Source of the DNA: Octopus sinensis
Taxonomy: Eukaryota
Assembly (NCBI RefSeq): GCF_006345805.1
Contig: NC_043000.1
Location: 137,888,001 to 137,952,000 of the forward strand
Direction: 5' to 3'
DNA length: 64,000 bases
Part shown: piece after piece, positions 46,290-60,013 of the stretch
How the letters are laid out: the number at the start of each line of letters is the position of its first letter
Numbering within the stretch: the first letter of the stretch is position 1
Position numbers and translations under genes: made by a program
The notes under the pieces: generated by a model
Databases searched by the model: none
The model's input: only the letters and a program-made list of their open reading frames with translations
What the model was told of the DNA's origin: nothing

Positions 46290-46508
46290 TAACAATTCTG
46301 TCTACCATAGGCTCGAGGCCTGAAATTTTGGGGGAAGGCGCTAATTAATTACATCGACCCCAGTGATTCACTGATACTTACTTTATCGACCTGAAAAGGA
46401 TGAAAGGCCAAGTCGACCTCGGTGGAATTTGAACTCAGAAGGTAGCAACGAACGAAATATCACTAAGCATCTCGTCCAGCGTGCTAACGATCTACCAGCT
46501 CACCACCT
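46290..46508 (-). mobile_element. Nin-domain tRNA SINE in (TAA)n
   Basis: Head ggtggtgagctggtag..gagttcaaattcc; core gcctttcatccttttcaggtcgataaag. Confidence 0.85.
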
Positions 46509-46552
46509 TAATAATAATAATAATGATAATAATAATAATAATAATAATAATA

Positions 46553-46585
<33 letters not shown>

Positions 46586-46605
46586 TAATAATAATAATAA
46601 TAATA

Positions 46606-46661
<56 letters not shown>

Positions 46662-46711
46662 TGATGATGATGATAATAATATAATATTAATAATAATAAT
46701 ATATAATAATA

Positions 46712-46760
<49 letters not shown>

Positions 46761-46762
<2 letters not shown>

Positions 46763-49065
46763 GGAATGCACAAAAAGCTGGCTGAAAACTTTAACAAAGT
46801 ACTAGCAGAGCCAGAGACAATGCCTGAATGGCTCACGAAGGGGAAAACCATCTTAATTCCCAAATCAAATGAAACAGAAAAACCAGAAAACTACAGACCA
46901 ATAACCTGCCTCCCTACTATGTTCAAGGCAATTACTGCAGTGATATCACAAAGGCTGAACAAGCACCTGGACGAAAACAAACTGTTCCCAGAAGAGCAGA
47001 AAGGATGCCGCAAAGGCTCATATGGCTGTAAAGATCAACTAATGATTAATAAAGCCATAGCTGAAGACAGCCACAGAAAGAAGAAAGGTCTCAGTATGGC
47101 CTGGATTGACTACAAAAAGGCGTTTGATAGCATCCCCCACACATGGATCCTCGAAACAGTAGCCATTAACAAAGTAGCACCAACAATCATAAAATTCATA
47201 GAGCACTCTATGAAAAAATGGCAAACTGTCCTACACCTCCAAACAAAAGAGGGACTCATGAAAACCAAAGACATCCCCATTAGAAGAGGAATATTCCAGG
47301 GAGACACGCTCTCTCCACTCCTTTTCTGCTTGGCACTGTCACCTCTATCTGATATGCTAAAGAGAACTGGATGCGGAAATAAATGTTACGGCAAAACGAT
47401 CAGCCACCTTTTATATATGGATGACCTAAAACTATACGCTGCAAATGACAAACAGCTGGAAACACTATTAAAGACAGTTCATGGATTTACCAAAGAAATA
47501 GATATGAAATTTGGATTAGAAAAATGCGCCAAAGTAACCCTGAAAAGAGGAAAACTAGTTAAGAGTAACAACATCACACTAGATAAAACCAACGAAATAA
47601 AAGAATTAGACCAAAGCCAAACTTACAAATACTTAGGAATCCATGAACTAGATAAGACACAACACACACAAATGAAAGAGAAAATAAAAAAAGAATATTA
47701 TAGACGAGTTAGATCAATACTAAACACAGAGCTCAATGCTAAAAACAAGATAATAGGTATCAACACTTTAGCTGTCCCAGTTATAAGTTACAGCTACAAT
47801 ATCCTTAACTGGACACGAAATGAACTGACCAAAATAGATAGGAAAACGAGAAAAAAAATGACAGGATCTAGGATGCATCACCCAAAATCTGACATAGAAA
47901 GACTATATATACAACGTATAGAAGGTGGTAGAGGCCTTATACAGCTGGAAAACTACTATAAAATAACCACCATAGGACTGCAAAAATATCTACTTCAGAA
48001 GGAAGGAAAACTGATCCAGATAGCGGCAAAACACGAGCAAAACAAAAACTGTTCTCAGTATTTAAGGAAGCTGACAAATACAAACAAGAAATCATACCAC
48101 CTAATAAACATGAAGAAGAAGAAGAAGATGAAGAAACAACAAAAGCTATAAAACAAATGAAATCCAAACTAAAAATAGAACAGCAACGAACCATGATAAA
48201 ACGATGGCAAGAAAAGCCCCTTCATGGTAAATACTGGACTAAACTAAACGCAAAAGAAATAGACAAAGAAAAATCCCAGCAATGGTTGAGAAGCTCAGGA
48301 CTCAAAGCAGAAACAGAGGGATTTTTAATTGCAGCACAAGACCAAAGCCTCCCCACCAGAAATTACCAAAGACATGTAATGAAAAGAAATATTACAAGTA
48401 ACTGCAGAATATGTGGAGATGGACAAGAAACAATAAATCATATTATCTCTAGCTGCCCAGTCCTGGCTAAGAAGGAATATATTCACAGACATGACAGAGT
48501 TGGAACCTACATACATTGGAAGCTATGCCAACATTATGGAATAACAACAGAAAAAAGATGGTATAGGCACACACCAGAAAAGGTCACAGAAAACGAGAAA
48601 GCAACCATACTCTGGGATATGCCGATACACACAGATAGAGAAATTAAGGCCAACAGACCAGATATAGTTGTCAGAGATCATGAAGAAAAAAAATGCTTTC
48701 TAATTGATGTATCAATACCGGCAGATGGCAACGTGTCTCTAAAAGAAATGGAGAAACTCTCAAAATACAAAGACCTGGAAATAGAGGTAACTAGAATGTG
48801 GAATCTGAAAACAGAAACAATTCCTATCATAGTAGGTGCATTAGGCATGATAAAAAATATTCAGACAAATACATAACAAAAACACCAGGACTTACAAACA
48901 CATATAACATACATAAAATTGCACTACTAGGCACTGCACACATCCTACGCAGAACACTTTCCATACAATAACCATCAGAGCATCACAACAAATCACAGCA
49001 CATACCCAAGGCACACAGAGCTGTGCTCGGTAGTGAAGTGAAAGCACGCTATAAAAATAAAACTA

Positions 49066-49070
<5 letters not shown>
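46761..49070 (+). mobile_element. 5'-truncated young R4/Dong retrotransposon (RT, CCHC, RLE) inserted in (TAA)n
   Basis: NYRPITCL, IDYKKAFDSIPH, GIFQGDTLSPLLF, YMDD, CRICGDGQETINHIISSC, RHD, RPDIVV, KLSKY. Two frameshifts in A-runs (~48045, ~48855). Confidence 0.95.
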
Positions 49071-49106
<36 letters not shown>

Positions 49107-49131
49107 AACAACAATGATAATAATAATGATG

Positions 49132-49218
<87 letters not shown>

Positions 49219-49269
49219 TAATAATAATAATAATATAATAATAGTAATAATAATAATAATAATAATAAT

Positions 49270-49394
49270 GGTGGAGCACTTGCAGACGAGACAGCATTGC
49301 TTGAAACAGCTTGAATACTCCGAAAGGTACTTGAAAAATAAGGGCTGTTTCCTTAGTCCACTGGCAGTGAATAATAATAATAATAAATAATAAT

Positions 49395-49425
<31 letters not shown>

Positions 49426-49460
49426 CAACAATGATAATAATAATGATGATAATAATAATA

Positions 49461-49519
<59 letters not shown>

Positions 49520-49660
49520 GAAAATTGAAGGAAAAAACAATGCCAACATCTGGAGATGGCTAAGGAAAAGTGCTCTGAAAGGATGCACTGAGGCACTAAT
49601 ATACAGCACCTAGGAAGAAACCCTGAGAAGTAATTACAAGCTCCGAATTGACAAGAGCAG
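49270..49660 (+). mobile_element. Two small R4/Dong fragments (49270-49370, 49520-49660)
   Basis: TALLETA*ILRKVLE and WRWLRKSALKGCTEALI. Confidence 0.7.
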
Positions 49661-50224
49661 TTTTTTTGTTTATGTCCGTCACTAACGTTACTGTCATAAA
49701 CAGGTATACCGATGACGAAAGAAATTGCTTAGTTATTCGATAAATGCAGACCAATAATCTGACTTCAGCAATGGCGTAATATAATCAACTGAAATTACTG
49801 ATGGCTTAGTCTAAACATGGCTTCACTCCTATGACTGAACATAATAGAAAATGTAGACTCCCTACAGATATGAAATAATATTCTCAATAGGTTCCGAGCA
49901 GAGAGAATAGGAAACATTGAAAGCTGAAATTAATTTCTCTATCCATTCTTCCATTTTAAGGCCATCATCATCACCATACATTTATGCTAATTTTGAGTCT
50001 GCAAGCTCATATGATCACCGCTTACTCCCCGTTTCCATGGACTATAAGCAGCTGAGAGAACAAAATCCCTAACGGGGTGGATTTCACGCACAAATAACCA
50101 TATTGGTACATATTTTTATCATCAGCATACACCAATTAAAATCCATGTAAGATACATATAATAAAATATGTGAACTGCGTTAAGATAAGTTGATTACAAT
50201 TTTTTCTACATCTAAATTATCTGT

Positions 50225-50510
<286 letters not shown>

Positions 50511-51057
50511 TAAAATTCACACATTCAAATTCTACCACAAATCCAAATGCCTGAATGACCATACAGTATATTTCCACAATATCCCTTAGGTAATTCCAAT
50601 AACCTTATAAATCTACAGTTTAAATCCTAATCTCTAATTCCTCGAATATCACATCCATCTAATTATATTCGTGTGTACATGGGTGCATACATATGTGTGT
50701 ATGTATGTGTGTATGTGTGTATGTGTGAATGTATGCATGCAAGGAATATATACCTGCGTGAGCAGGGGCGATAATACATACAGATATACGTATATATGGG
50801 TATACATACGTACATATACATTTGAGTATGAGTTGTGTGTAGATGTTGATATGTTTAAATATCTGTATATATGTATGTATGTATATATATATATATATAT
50901 ATAATATATATATATATATATAATAATGAGGGAGATAAATTAATATTGAATTTAATTGGTGTTCGCTGTATTTTTCCTCTAGAGAATTTCCTTGTAGTTT
51001 GATCGTTGATAGTCTATTTCTAGCATACGGCCGACTCCCTAGCAGTAAGCCCTGCCA

Positions 51058-51089
<32 letters not shown>

Positions 51090-51766
51090 GCATGTTTAAT
51101 ATATGCATGTGTATACATCTTGACATATATATTTTCTTCTACTACTAAGAACTGATCTGTCCAACCATATTACTAATCCTACACCCACCTTGTACCACAT
51201 CACTAGGCTCTATCACTATATACCCGGCACTCCTTTTATTTTTACACTATTATACCTCACTCTCCGTTACCACCCCATTTCTTCTATCTGACACTCCTTT
51301 ACTCTTTACCCTATTATCTTTTTACACTTTCATATCTTTCTCTCTCTCTGTCACCCTCACCTCCCCCTTACTACTATCAATTTACATTGACTGACCACTA
51401 ACTGGTACACTTTCCCTCTCTTCATCTCTTTACTATCTCTCCTTGATTTTCTTTTTCTTTTTTCCTTTATTCTTCTCTTACTTTCGATTTGTCCTTACAA
51501 ATACATTCCCTACTTTTAGGTTACTTTAAATAAACCCTCGATTCAAAAGCACTGTGTACAAATTCTATACTTGGAATGACCAATTTTAGATACTACTGGA
51601 ATTTACTCACAAGGTATTGGAATCTTATATGTATACCATTTTGCCTAAATAATGCATCTATAAATGCAATATCCCTGCATATCTCACATCTATTTTCATT
51701 CCTCCCCTTCACTCTCTATTTCATATCCTATCTAAATTAACTAATGCTTAACCATCTGCTCACATA

Positions 51767-51814
51767 GTCTCCGATGAAGGGGTATATAAAATATCTCCGA
51801 ATGAGCTGTAAGAC
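51767..51814 (+). ncRNA. Degenerate minimal type I hammerhead ribozyme (Penelope-type)
   Basis: gtct-CCGATGA-aggggtat..atctcc-GAAT-gagctGTA-agac. Stem I is gtct/agac. The core is mutated. Confidence 0.5.
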
Positions 51815-52399
51815 CTATTTATAAATGTTCTAAAATCTTCACAGCCTTCGTTTTTTATCTCATTCTGAAAAAAACATTCAATATATACACATGCTGATAT
51901 ATAACCTATGTTGGACTCCTTATTCGCTTAATCACTGAAACTGGAGCATAGTACTTACCATAGTACCTACTCAGCATTACCGACACCTTTGAGTCTTATC
52001 GATACCATGACCTCTCATAACTACTCTCTCTCTCTCTCTCTCTGTATATACATACATCATATATATATACTATACACTCACACACACATGCACACGTACA
52101 AACACACACAAACTCACATACACACCGACAGATATACATACACAATATAAACCTATCCGCGCACGCACACATACACACAAACACATACAAACGCACACAT
52201 ACACGCACACACATACACGTACATACATACACTCTCACACAAATGAACCCACATATACATCCCTACACACACACGCACGTACAAGCACACACGTACTATG
52301 GTTAAACAGTTACTCGCCACACACCCACACTCTACGCATACACACACGAACACACACATGCACACACACACACACACACACTACAAACAACACACACAC

Positions 52400-52760
52400 A
52401 CATGATACATATAGTCCTTTGTTTTTTGACCCGGCTTTGACCTGGCTTGACACAAACAGCTAGCAGTCATCACGACAGCTGGCTTTGTCATTGCCTTATT
52501 CACCAAAAATACACACACACACACACACACACGCACGCACAAACACACTTGCCATCTTGCACACACACACACACAACACACACACATGATACATATAGTC
52601 CTTTGTTTTTTGACCCGGCTTTGACCTGGCTTGACACAAACAGCTAGCAGTCATCACGACAGCTGGCTTTGTCATTGCCTTATTCACCAAAAATACACAC
52701 ACACACACACACACACACGCACGCACAAACACACTTGCCATCTTGCACACACACACACAC
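52400..52760. repeat. Near-perfect ~185-bp tandem duplication bounded by (CA)n
   Basis: catgatacatatagtcctttg...cacttgccatcttgc occurs twice. Confidence 0.9.
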
Positions 52761-52910
52761 AGGCATTCCTTTTTTTGGAACTCTCTTGCATTATAAAACC
52801 ATATTTCAACTACCTCCAAATTCTGTTCTTTCAACATGTGATTTCTTAAGCACCACCAGCTCAAATATTTTCTCCTCTGTCTTTCCTCCTTGGGACCTTT
52901 CCTTCTCCTT

Positions 52911-52945
52911 GTTTCCGACGAAGAGCTCCGCTCGAAACGTTATAC
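52911..52945 (+). ncRNA. Minimal hammerhead-like motif (Penelope-type)
   Basis: gttt-CCGACGA-a-gagc-tcc-gctc-GAAA-cgtTA-tac, with palindromic stem III (aacgtt). Stem I is imperfect. Confidence 0.55.
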
Positions 52946-53049
52946 CCTTCTTCCCTTCTTTCCTGAGCGTCAATAATACTTTAATTGTTCCACGTCCTGC
53001 GTTGCTGTGGTTTTTTCTCTTTTTTCTGTGTTTTCTTGTTTGGATTAAC

Positions 53050-53138
<89 letters not shown>

Positions 53139-53200
53139 TATATATTATATATATATATACATACATATATATATATATATTATATATATATATATACATG

Positions 53201-53504
53201 TGGAGGCGCAATGGCCCAGTGGTTAGGGCAGCGGACTCGCGGTCGTAGGATCGTGGTTTCGATTCCCAGACCGAGCGTTGTGAGTGTTTATTGAGCGAAA
53301 ACACCTAAAAGCTCCACGACGCTCCGGCAGGGGGTGGTGATCCCTGCTGTACTCTTTCACCACTCTTTCTCCCACTCTTCCTTCTATTGGCTTGCTCGCT
53401 TAACCAGTGGGGTGGCGTCATTCAAAGGGTAAAACAATGCGAACGCATTGTGACCAGCGATGTGTAAAAACATCTGATGGTCTGGTCGGTCACGTGATCA
53501 CGTG

Positions 53505-53505
<1 letters not shown>
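53201..53505 (+). mobile_element. SINE with family A head and a different 3' half
   Basis: First ~160 bp match family A; the rest is unrelated and ends cacgtgatcacgtgat. Confidence 0.85.
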
Positions 53506-53549
<44 letters not shown>

Positions 53550-54971
53550 CGTGTTTGTGTAAAGAGAGAGTATCTCAGTTCTAAGCATAACTATATATGT
53601 ATGTATATATATATACACACTCTTGACAGGAGACATGTTTGTTAAGAAATTATTTGTTTCTAATCATCTTACACATCTTACACATTTCTGAAATATTGTA
53701 GTGCACCTTCAATATACATTACACAATATCCTTTGAAGCAGTATCTAATTTCTGTTTGGACGCAAATGTATCTGTGAGTTTACGGGGTACATGTACTTGG
53801 TTTGTGGCTGGATCTCAATTTAGTAGCCAGCACTGTGCAAGTCCGTTTTAGTGACAGTGTGTCTTATTCCGTTTTTGGTTGACTCAGCTCCTTGGTTTTG
53901 GCCTGGCGATAAATATCCCACTTTTTCTCACAAGCTTATACAGTTCAGAAAAGAAGAGCATTTGACGCTGTCCTTTCTCTTTTGATAAATCAATCTGAAA
54001 AAAAAAAAGATTTAATGTTCAAATTGAATACTCATTCCATATTGTTAGAAACCCAGTCATAATACAAACGTCTCAACGGAAAAGCTTATATTAACTCTAC
54101 AGTTCGTGTAAAACTTAAATCTCTATCATTATCTGTCTTCCCCTTTGCCTGCCTGCCTATCTGCCTGCATGTCTGCCTGTCCGTTTGCCTGCCTGCCTGC
54201 CTGCCTGTCTGTCTCTCTCTGTCTCTGTCTCTCTGTCTCTCTCTCTGTCTCTCTCTCTCTCGGCGTTTCTTTAACACTCATCTCTTATCTGTCGACCTAT
54301 GATAATCATGTTCGTGCGTAAGCGAGATCCTTTGAAATTTATAACCATAGACTATAAATTATTATAATTCCGATGCTATGTAATCCGAATATAATCTTGG
54401 TATGAGCTAACAAGAATACAGTGACTTAGCAATTTGGTAATCATTTTACGTAAGATCGGCTTGTCACTGCTTTGGAACGGGTTTAAGCCTCGGCTATGAC
54501 AGTTACTCATCCACTAGAAATATAAATTTCTTCTAATTAGTCAAAATATCAAATTTTAAGGAAGGTATATGACGCATTCTGCTTAAGCAAACCATACGTA
54601 TATACATATCACTTGCATTAAAGATTCTAGATGTGTGAAAGCCTATGTTATCTCTAATACTATATGGACTCATGCGCAAGAGGACGAAAATTTATTATAG
54701 TATTGCCTATAAGATGACTTTATTCTATTAGTAACATTCTCTAATCCTTTCAATGAGGATTTTAAATACTATGTATGTATGTATGTATGTATGTATGTAT
54801 GTATGTATGTGTGTATGTATGTATATATGTATGTATGTATGTGTGTATTTATGTGTGTATGTATGTGTGTATGTATGTGTGTATGTATGTGTGTATGTAT
54901 GTATATGTGTGTATGTATGTATGTATGTATGTGTGTATGTATGTATGTATGTATGCATGTGTGTATATATT

Positions 54972-55230
54972 CTTTCTTTTATTCCTTTACTTGTGTCAGT
55001 AATTTTACTGCGGCCATGCTGGAGCACCGCCTTGAAACGCTGTAGGCAAACAAATCGCCACCAGGACTTATTTTTAAATCTCAGTACTTATTCTATTGAT
55101 GACTTTTGCCGAACGAACCGCTAAGTTATGGGTACGTAAACATACAAACACCGGTTGTGAAACGGCGATGAGGGGATAAACACAGACGCAAAGACACACA
55201 TATACACAGACAAACGCACAAAGACACACA
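54972..55230 (-). mobile_element. 3' part of family B SINE
   Basis: Reverse complement of 56050-56250 (ctgcggccatgctggagcaccgcc, gaaccgctaagtta). Confidence 0.8.
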
Positions 55231-55513
55231 TATTCTTTTTTGGAACATTGGATCTCGAGGCACATCACATAACGCCATTGGGTTGTACACAAGACAGATA
55301 TGTGCATTCGAGTCCCATTGGCAGTCTTCGACTTTTTCTATTCTGAAAAGTTCTTCAACCCAATCTTTGCATGCTCATATTTACAGCATTATGTAATGTG
55401 ACACGCGAACCAATGAACCAATGAAGAATTATTTCCTGTTCTCTTAAATATTGATAAAATTCTTCTGACATCAATATTGCACACAGACACACACACACAG
55501 ACACACACACACA

Positions 55514-55544
<31 letters not shown>

Positions 55545-55834
55545 CACATTCAAACACGTTACATAAGACAGCGAAAATAATATTACAGCGTTCACGCTAC
55601 ATTAATGAAAGTTATGCATGCTTCGTTTTTCATAACATTTATCCGTTTTATACGAGTGACACAGAATGGATTAGAGATGGCTTACATTCATACATTAAAA
55701 TGCCACCTTATGCTATTAGAACAGGAGTTTCTATCCGGATATGCGTATTTGATCATAGGAGCAACAGTATCGTTAATAAGTGTGAAGACAATTTTACAAT
55801 AGAACAATATTTAAAAAGAAAAGTTGAAATATTT

Positions 55835-56010
55835 AGGCGCAGGAGTGGCTGTGTGGTAAGTAGCATGCTTATGAACTACATAATTCCGGTTTCAGTCCCA
55901 CTGCGTGGCACCTTGGGCAGGTGTCTTCTACTATAGCCTCGAGCCGACCAGAACCTTGTGAGTGGATTTGGTAGACGGAAACTGAAAGAAGCCTGTCGTA
56001 TATATGCATA

Positions 56011-56054
<44 letters not shown>

Positions 56055-56250
56055 TGTCTCTGTCTGTCGACCCAACATCGCTTGACAACCGATGCTGGTG
56101 TGTTTACATCCCCGTAACTTAGCGGTTCGGCAAAAGAGACCGATAGAATAAGTACTAGGCTTACAAAGAATAAGTCCTGGTGTAGATTTTCTCAACTAAA
56201 GGTGGCACTCCAGCATGGCCGCAGTCAAATGACTGAAACAAATAAAAGAA
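55835..56250 (+). mobile_element. Full-length family B tRNA SINE
   Basis: A box tggctgtgtgg, B-box-like ggtttcagtccc, internal (TG)n, A-rich tail. Confidence 0.9.
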
Positions 56251-56673
56251 CGTAAAGAGAGTAGAGAGTATTGCTCAACAGACATTTTCATCCACTCACA
56301 CACACATACACACACACACACACTTTAGAAGGAAAGTTCAACTGAAAAGTATAGAAAAGCTTTTGCCACGTTAATCTTTCGAAATGTTAGCAATTTGATG
56401 ACCGCGTTTTGCGGTGTCAAAGACGCAATTTTTTTTGTATAATACACCTTGAAAATTATCTTATATCTTTTACAATGCTACTTAATTTGTGACTGCTGTG
56501 GTTTTTGGAACGCTAACTGTAATCATCCAATTGCAAATATGCCATTCCATACCTTAGTAATTTCAGCTATGTTATATACCATAAAATATTTGATTTAACT
56601 AATGTACTTTCTAAAAATCCAATTAAAATTACTCAATTAATAAATAGGTTCTTTTTAAAAAAGTCTCCTGCAG

Positions 56674-58287
56674 TTTCACTGCCTTTGCTGTTGGAGCCCG
56701 ATCAAATCAACAGAGCTTAGTTTGACCGTCCTCTCGGACGGTTCGAAGCAGAGCTTTGGTAAGCATAATATCCTTTTTCTTAGAATTCCATATCCAAAAT
56801 CAAGGTGTCTCTTACAAAATGCAGCGTCTACCATGCCACAAAATACGGTAAATATTTTTTTTTCTATAAAGGATTTCAATTGTATTTTCAGCTCACTTCA
56901 TGACTCAGATAAGATAGCACTTATGGAAATATGATAAATTCGTCTGATCGTTCACATCTCATATTATTTCGTCTGATTCAATTATTTTATTTATATCAGA
57001 ATATGTAAATATATTCAAGAAGCAAGCAAAAATATTATAAAAACAAATCATAAAAATGAAGTATTTCTATAGCGATTAATTCTATCCAATCATATTACAG
57101 AAATTAATTTTACCGAAATTGAGGCAATTAATGAAATTCAACAAAACTCAACAATGACTTCTAAAGAATTCCTTGTAAAGAATAAAAAGTAGCATGCCTA
57201 CTGCTACATTTCTTAATACAATAACTGCGATTAATAAGGTTTCTATAACATCAAACAGTGCTAGTGTATATAAATTGACAAAATTATATCGAGCATATGT
57301 TATTTTTGTTTGATTATCGATGGTATACTTTGTAGGCGATAATGGATTTATATGCTAAAATAATCCAATGACAACTTCTTTAAACTAAGATGGCAAAGAC
57401 CAAGCTGTATGTGATATTTTAAATACCACCTTGTCGTGTCATCTCCAAGAAAATCAATTTTATAAGTTTTGAAAAACAATTTTGCACTTTCAAATATAAT
57501 TTCCCTTTATCCCTTGCAGGAATGCTTTTATTTTCAGTGCAATGCCTTTCAGATACAAAAATACAAAAATGCAAAAATAGCCCAACTTAAAAATATAGAT
57601 ATTTGATAATTATTTACAAATTAAGTTTCAGTGGGGCATTTTGAACGAAGTATACATTTGGCATACACACACATAATCGAATTTGAAGTTGATTTAGGTT
57701 ACGATGGATAAAGAAGTAGAACAAATATATTAACGAAAACATGTGTCGCGAGTATATGATATGCAAATATAAACCATGATAAGATTTTTATCTAAAAGAT
57801 TATCTATAGTTTAGCTTAACTTTCTGCTTCCTAATGGCGCAAGCATTGGCTTATGGCTAATGAAGTCACTTCATTGTTAGGTGCTTCGTGATTCAGTGTA
57901 ATTATGAAGCACCAGAGAAAGTGTATTCTATCATAACCTCATTAGGAATGAAACTGGACAGAGAGAACAGAGGAAGTGTTATTATGATACAGTGTATCTA
58001 TTTTTGAGTGATAGAGGTGCATTCCATCGTCTGCAAGAAGAAAAAAAGATACCTTTTAAGGGAAGAGATAGGCATGCCAGCATGCTGTAGGTCCTTCTTT
58101 TGCTTCCCATTTCCACAGAAATGAACTATAAAAGAAAACAAAATAGGATATTTTCATACGATAAACAAATTTCCAACATGATTTCTTTTAAATAACATTT
58201 GGGTGTGTCGTTCCAATATTTCACACTCACATACACACGATTACATCCATATGTATATGTACAATATTATTGATACATAAACGCGCG

Positions 58288-58323
<36 letters not shown>

Positions 58324-59100
58324 TATGCATGCAAACATGTATATATATACATATATATATATATCTTTCATATATGTTTGTGCTGCGTGGCGTGTGTGTT
58401 GTGCGTATTTTTTTTTACCTCATATCAAAGTATAAGTCTGTAGAAAACCCGAAATGCAACCTTTTTTATATCCTGCATGGCAACCAATTATAATGATATT
58501 CAAAAGCTGTTTTAACTGCTCACCGTTATGAATGCTGTCAATAATGATTCTCTCCTTTTCCATAGGGTTCTAGACTTTACATCTCTATATCACTCACCTA
58601 TTATCTCAGCTCTCGCTATGAGAGCAGCACAGACCAATTTTCCTTCCTGTCATTCGACAATATAAGTGTTCCATCCCTAATGATAACACACTAGCCCTAT
58701 ACAAAATGCATGAATCTCCATACAAGTGTCCAGTACTTAATCAGTTAAGCTACATTAAACCTGCTCGCTGATTAATGAGACAATGGTGTTACTCATACAC
58801 TCAGTGAATTTAATTAGATACGGTTGAAAGTGAAATGTGTATAGAAATGATCTTAAATGGAAGGGTAGATTTTGAATATTTAAGTAGCAGAAATATTATT
58901 TATGCGAGTTCGCACTTGCAGTTCCACTCTAATTGAATCTCTTGACCCTAAGCTGTTGATTTAACAAGCAAGCTATAAGAACATAATCGGCTATCCGTAA
59001 CACTCTTATGGTTTCACGAAGGGGAATATGCTAATCTGAGCATTTGTCTAGAAATACTAATGGAACTCGCAAGAAAGACGGAAGGATACATATGTAAGAT
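56674..59100 (+). pseudogene. Cluster of CUB-like relics (56674-56934, 57521-57830, 58566-59100)
   Basis: Strong acceptors at 56673, 57520, 58565. Translations: IKSTELSLTVLSDGSKQSFG; QCLSD...NSPT*KYRY..QWGI..IHL..EFEV..YDG*...ILTKTC; LCEFALAVP...NTLMV/HEG. Confidence 0.4.
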
Positions 59101-59666
59101 CATAGGTATAGAAAAGGATTGCTAGATAACTATCTATGCAACTTTATAGACAGAAAACTGCTTATATAGAGGAAAAACAAGAAAGCCTTTTTTTCTTTAC
59201 AAGCGCACACGTGTACATTGATGCACACACACACAATCACTTACAAGTAATTATGTGATTACTAATGAATATATACACGGCGAAAACAATGGGATGAAGC
59301 AAAACAGGGGGTAAAAGGATAATTAAAACAAAGAAAATAAGAAAAGGTAAGTTTGATATACAAAGAGCGGACAAGCATGGATATAAAGGAGAGAAAGATT
59401 TCTCATTGAAAACAAGAGAAGTGACACAGATTGAAGGAAGAGGAGAAAATGAAGAAGAGAGAGAAAGAAATGCATTTCATTGTGTTCGTTTAAGCGGGCA
59501 ATAATGTAAATGAGGAACTGTACACTTAGAAGCATTACTTAAAACAATACAAGAATGGTGAGTATTAATTAGAAATCACGGAGTGGAAATGATGCAGATG
59601 TTAAATTCTCGAATTTACTTCCAGAATATCTTGCATCATGTTTGTCGCTTCTTCAACAATACTTTC

Positions 59667-59717
<51 letters not shown>

Positions 59718-59872
59718 TCCCCTGTCTCTCTCTCTCTCTCTCTCTCCTTGTCTATCTATCCACCTATTTATTTTCTACTGAGATTAGATTTAGAGTTCTA
59801 TTTCTCATTGTAAGCGTAGTCAAATATCACACCCACAGAAGAGCATGCATACATACACGGATACAGGACCGT

Positions 59873-59907
<35 letters not shown>

Positions 59908-60013
59908 GTACTGTTCCGTGATAGAAAATTCAGCAACAAAAATACTCTCTCTGGTGAGAGACAACGATTATTTATTTAAAGAACACAATGCATGTCTTAA
60001 AATGCTACTAATA

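Noticed and set aside
53680-53997. CUB-like reading (plus: TCTWFVAG..VQVRFSD; minus: strong acceptor with GYLSPG..PVNSQIHL)
   Set aside because: Plausible on both strands, so the strand cannot be called. This also shows that by-eye CUB matching can give false positives.
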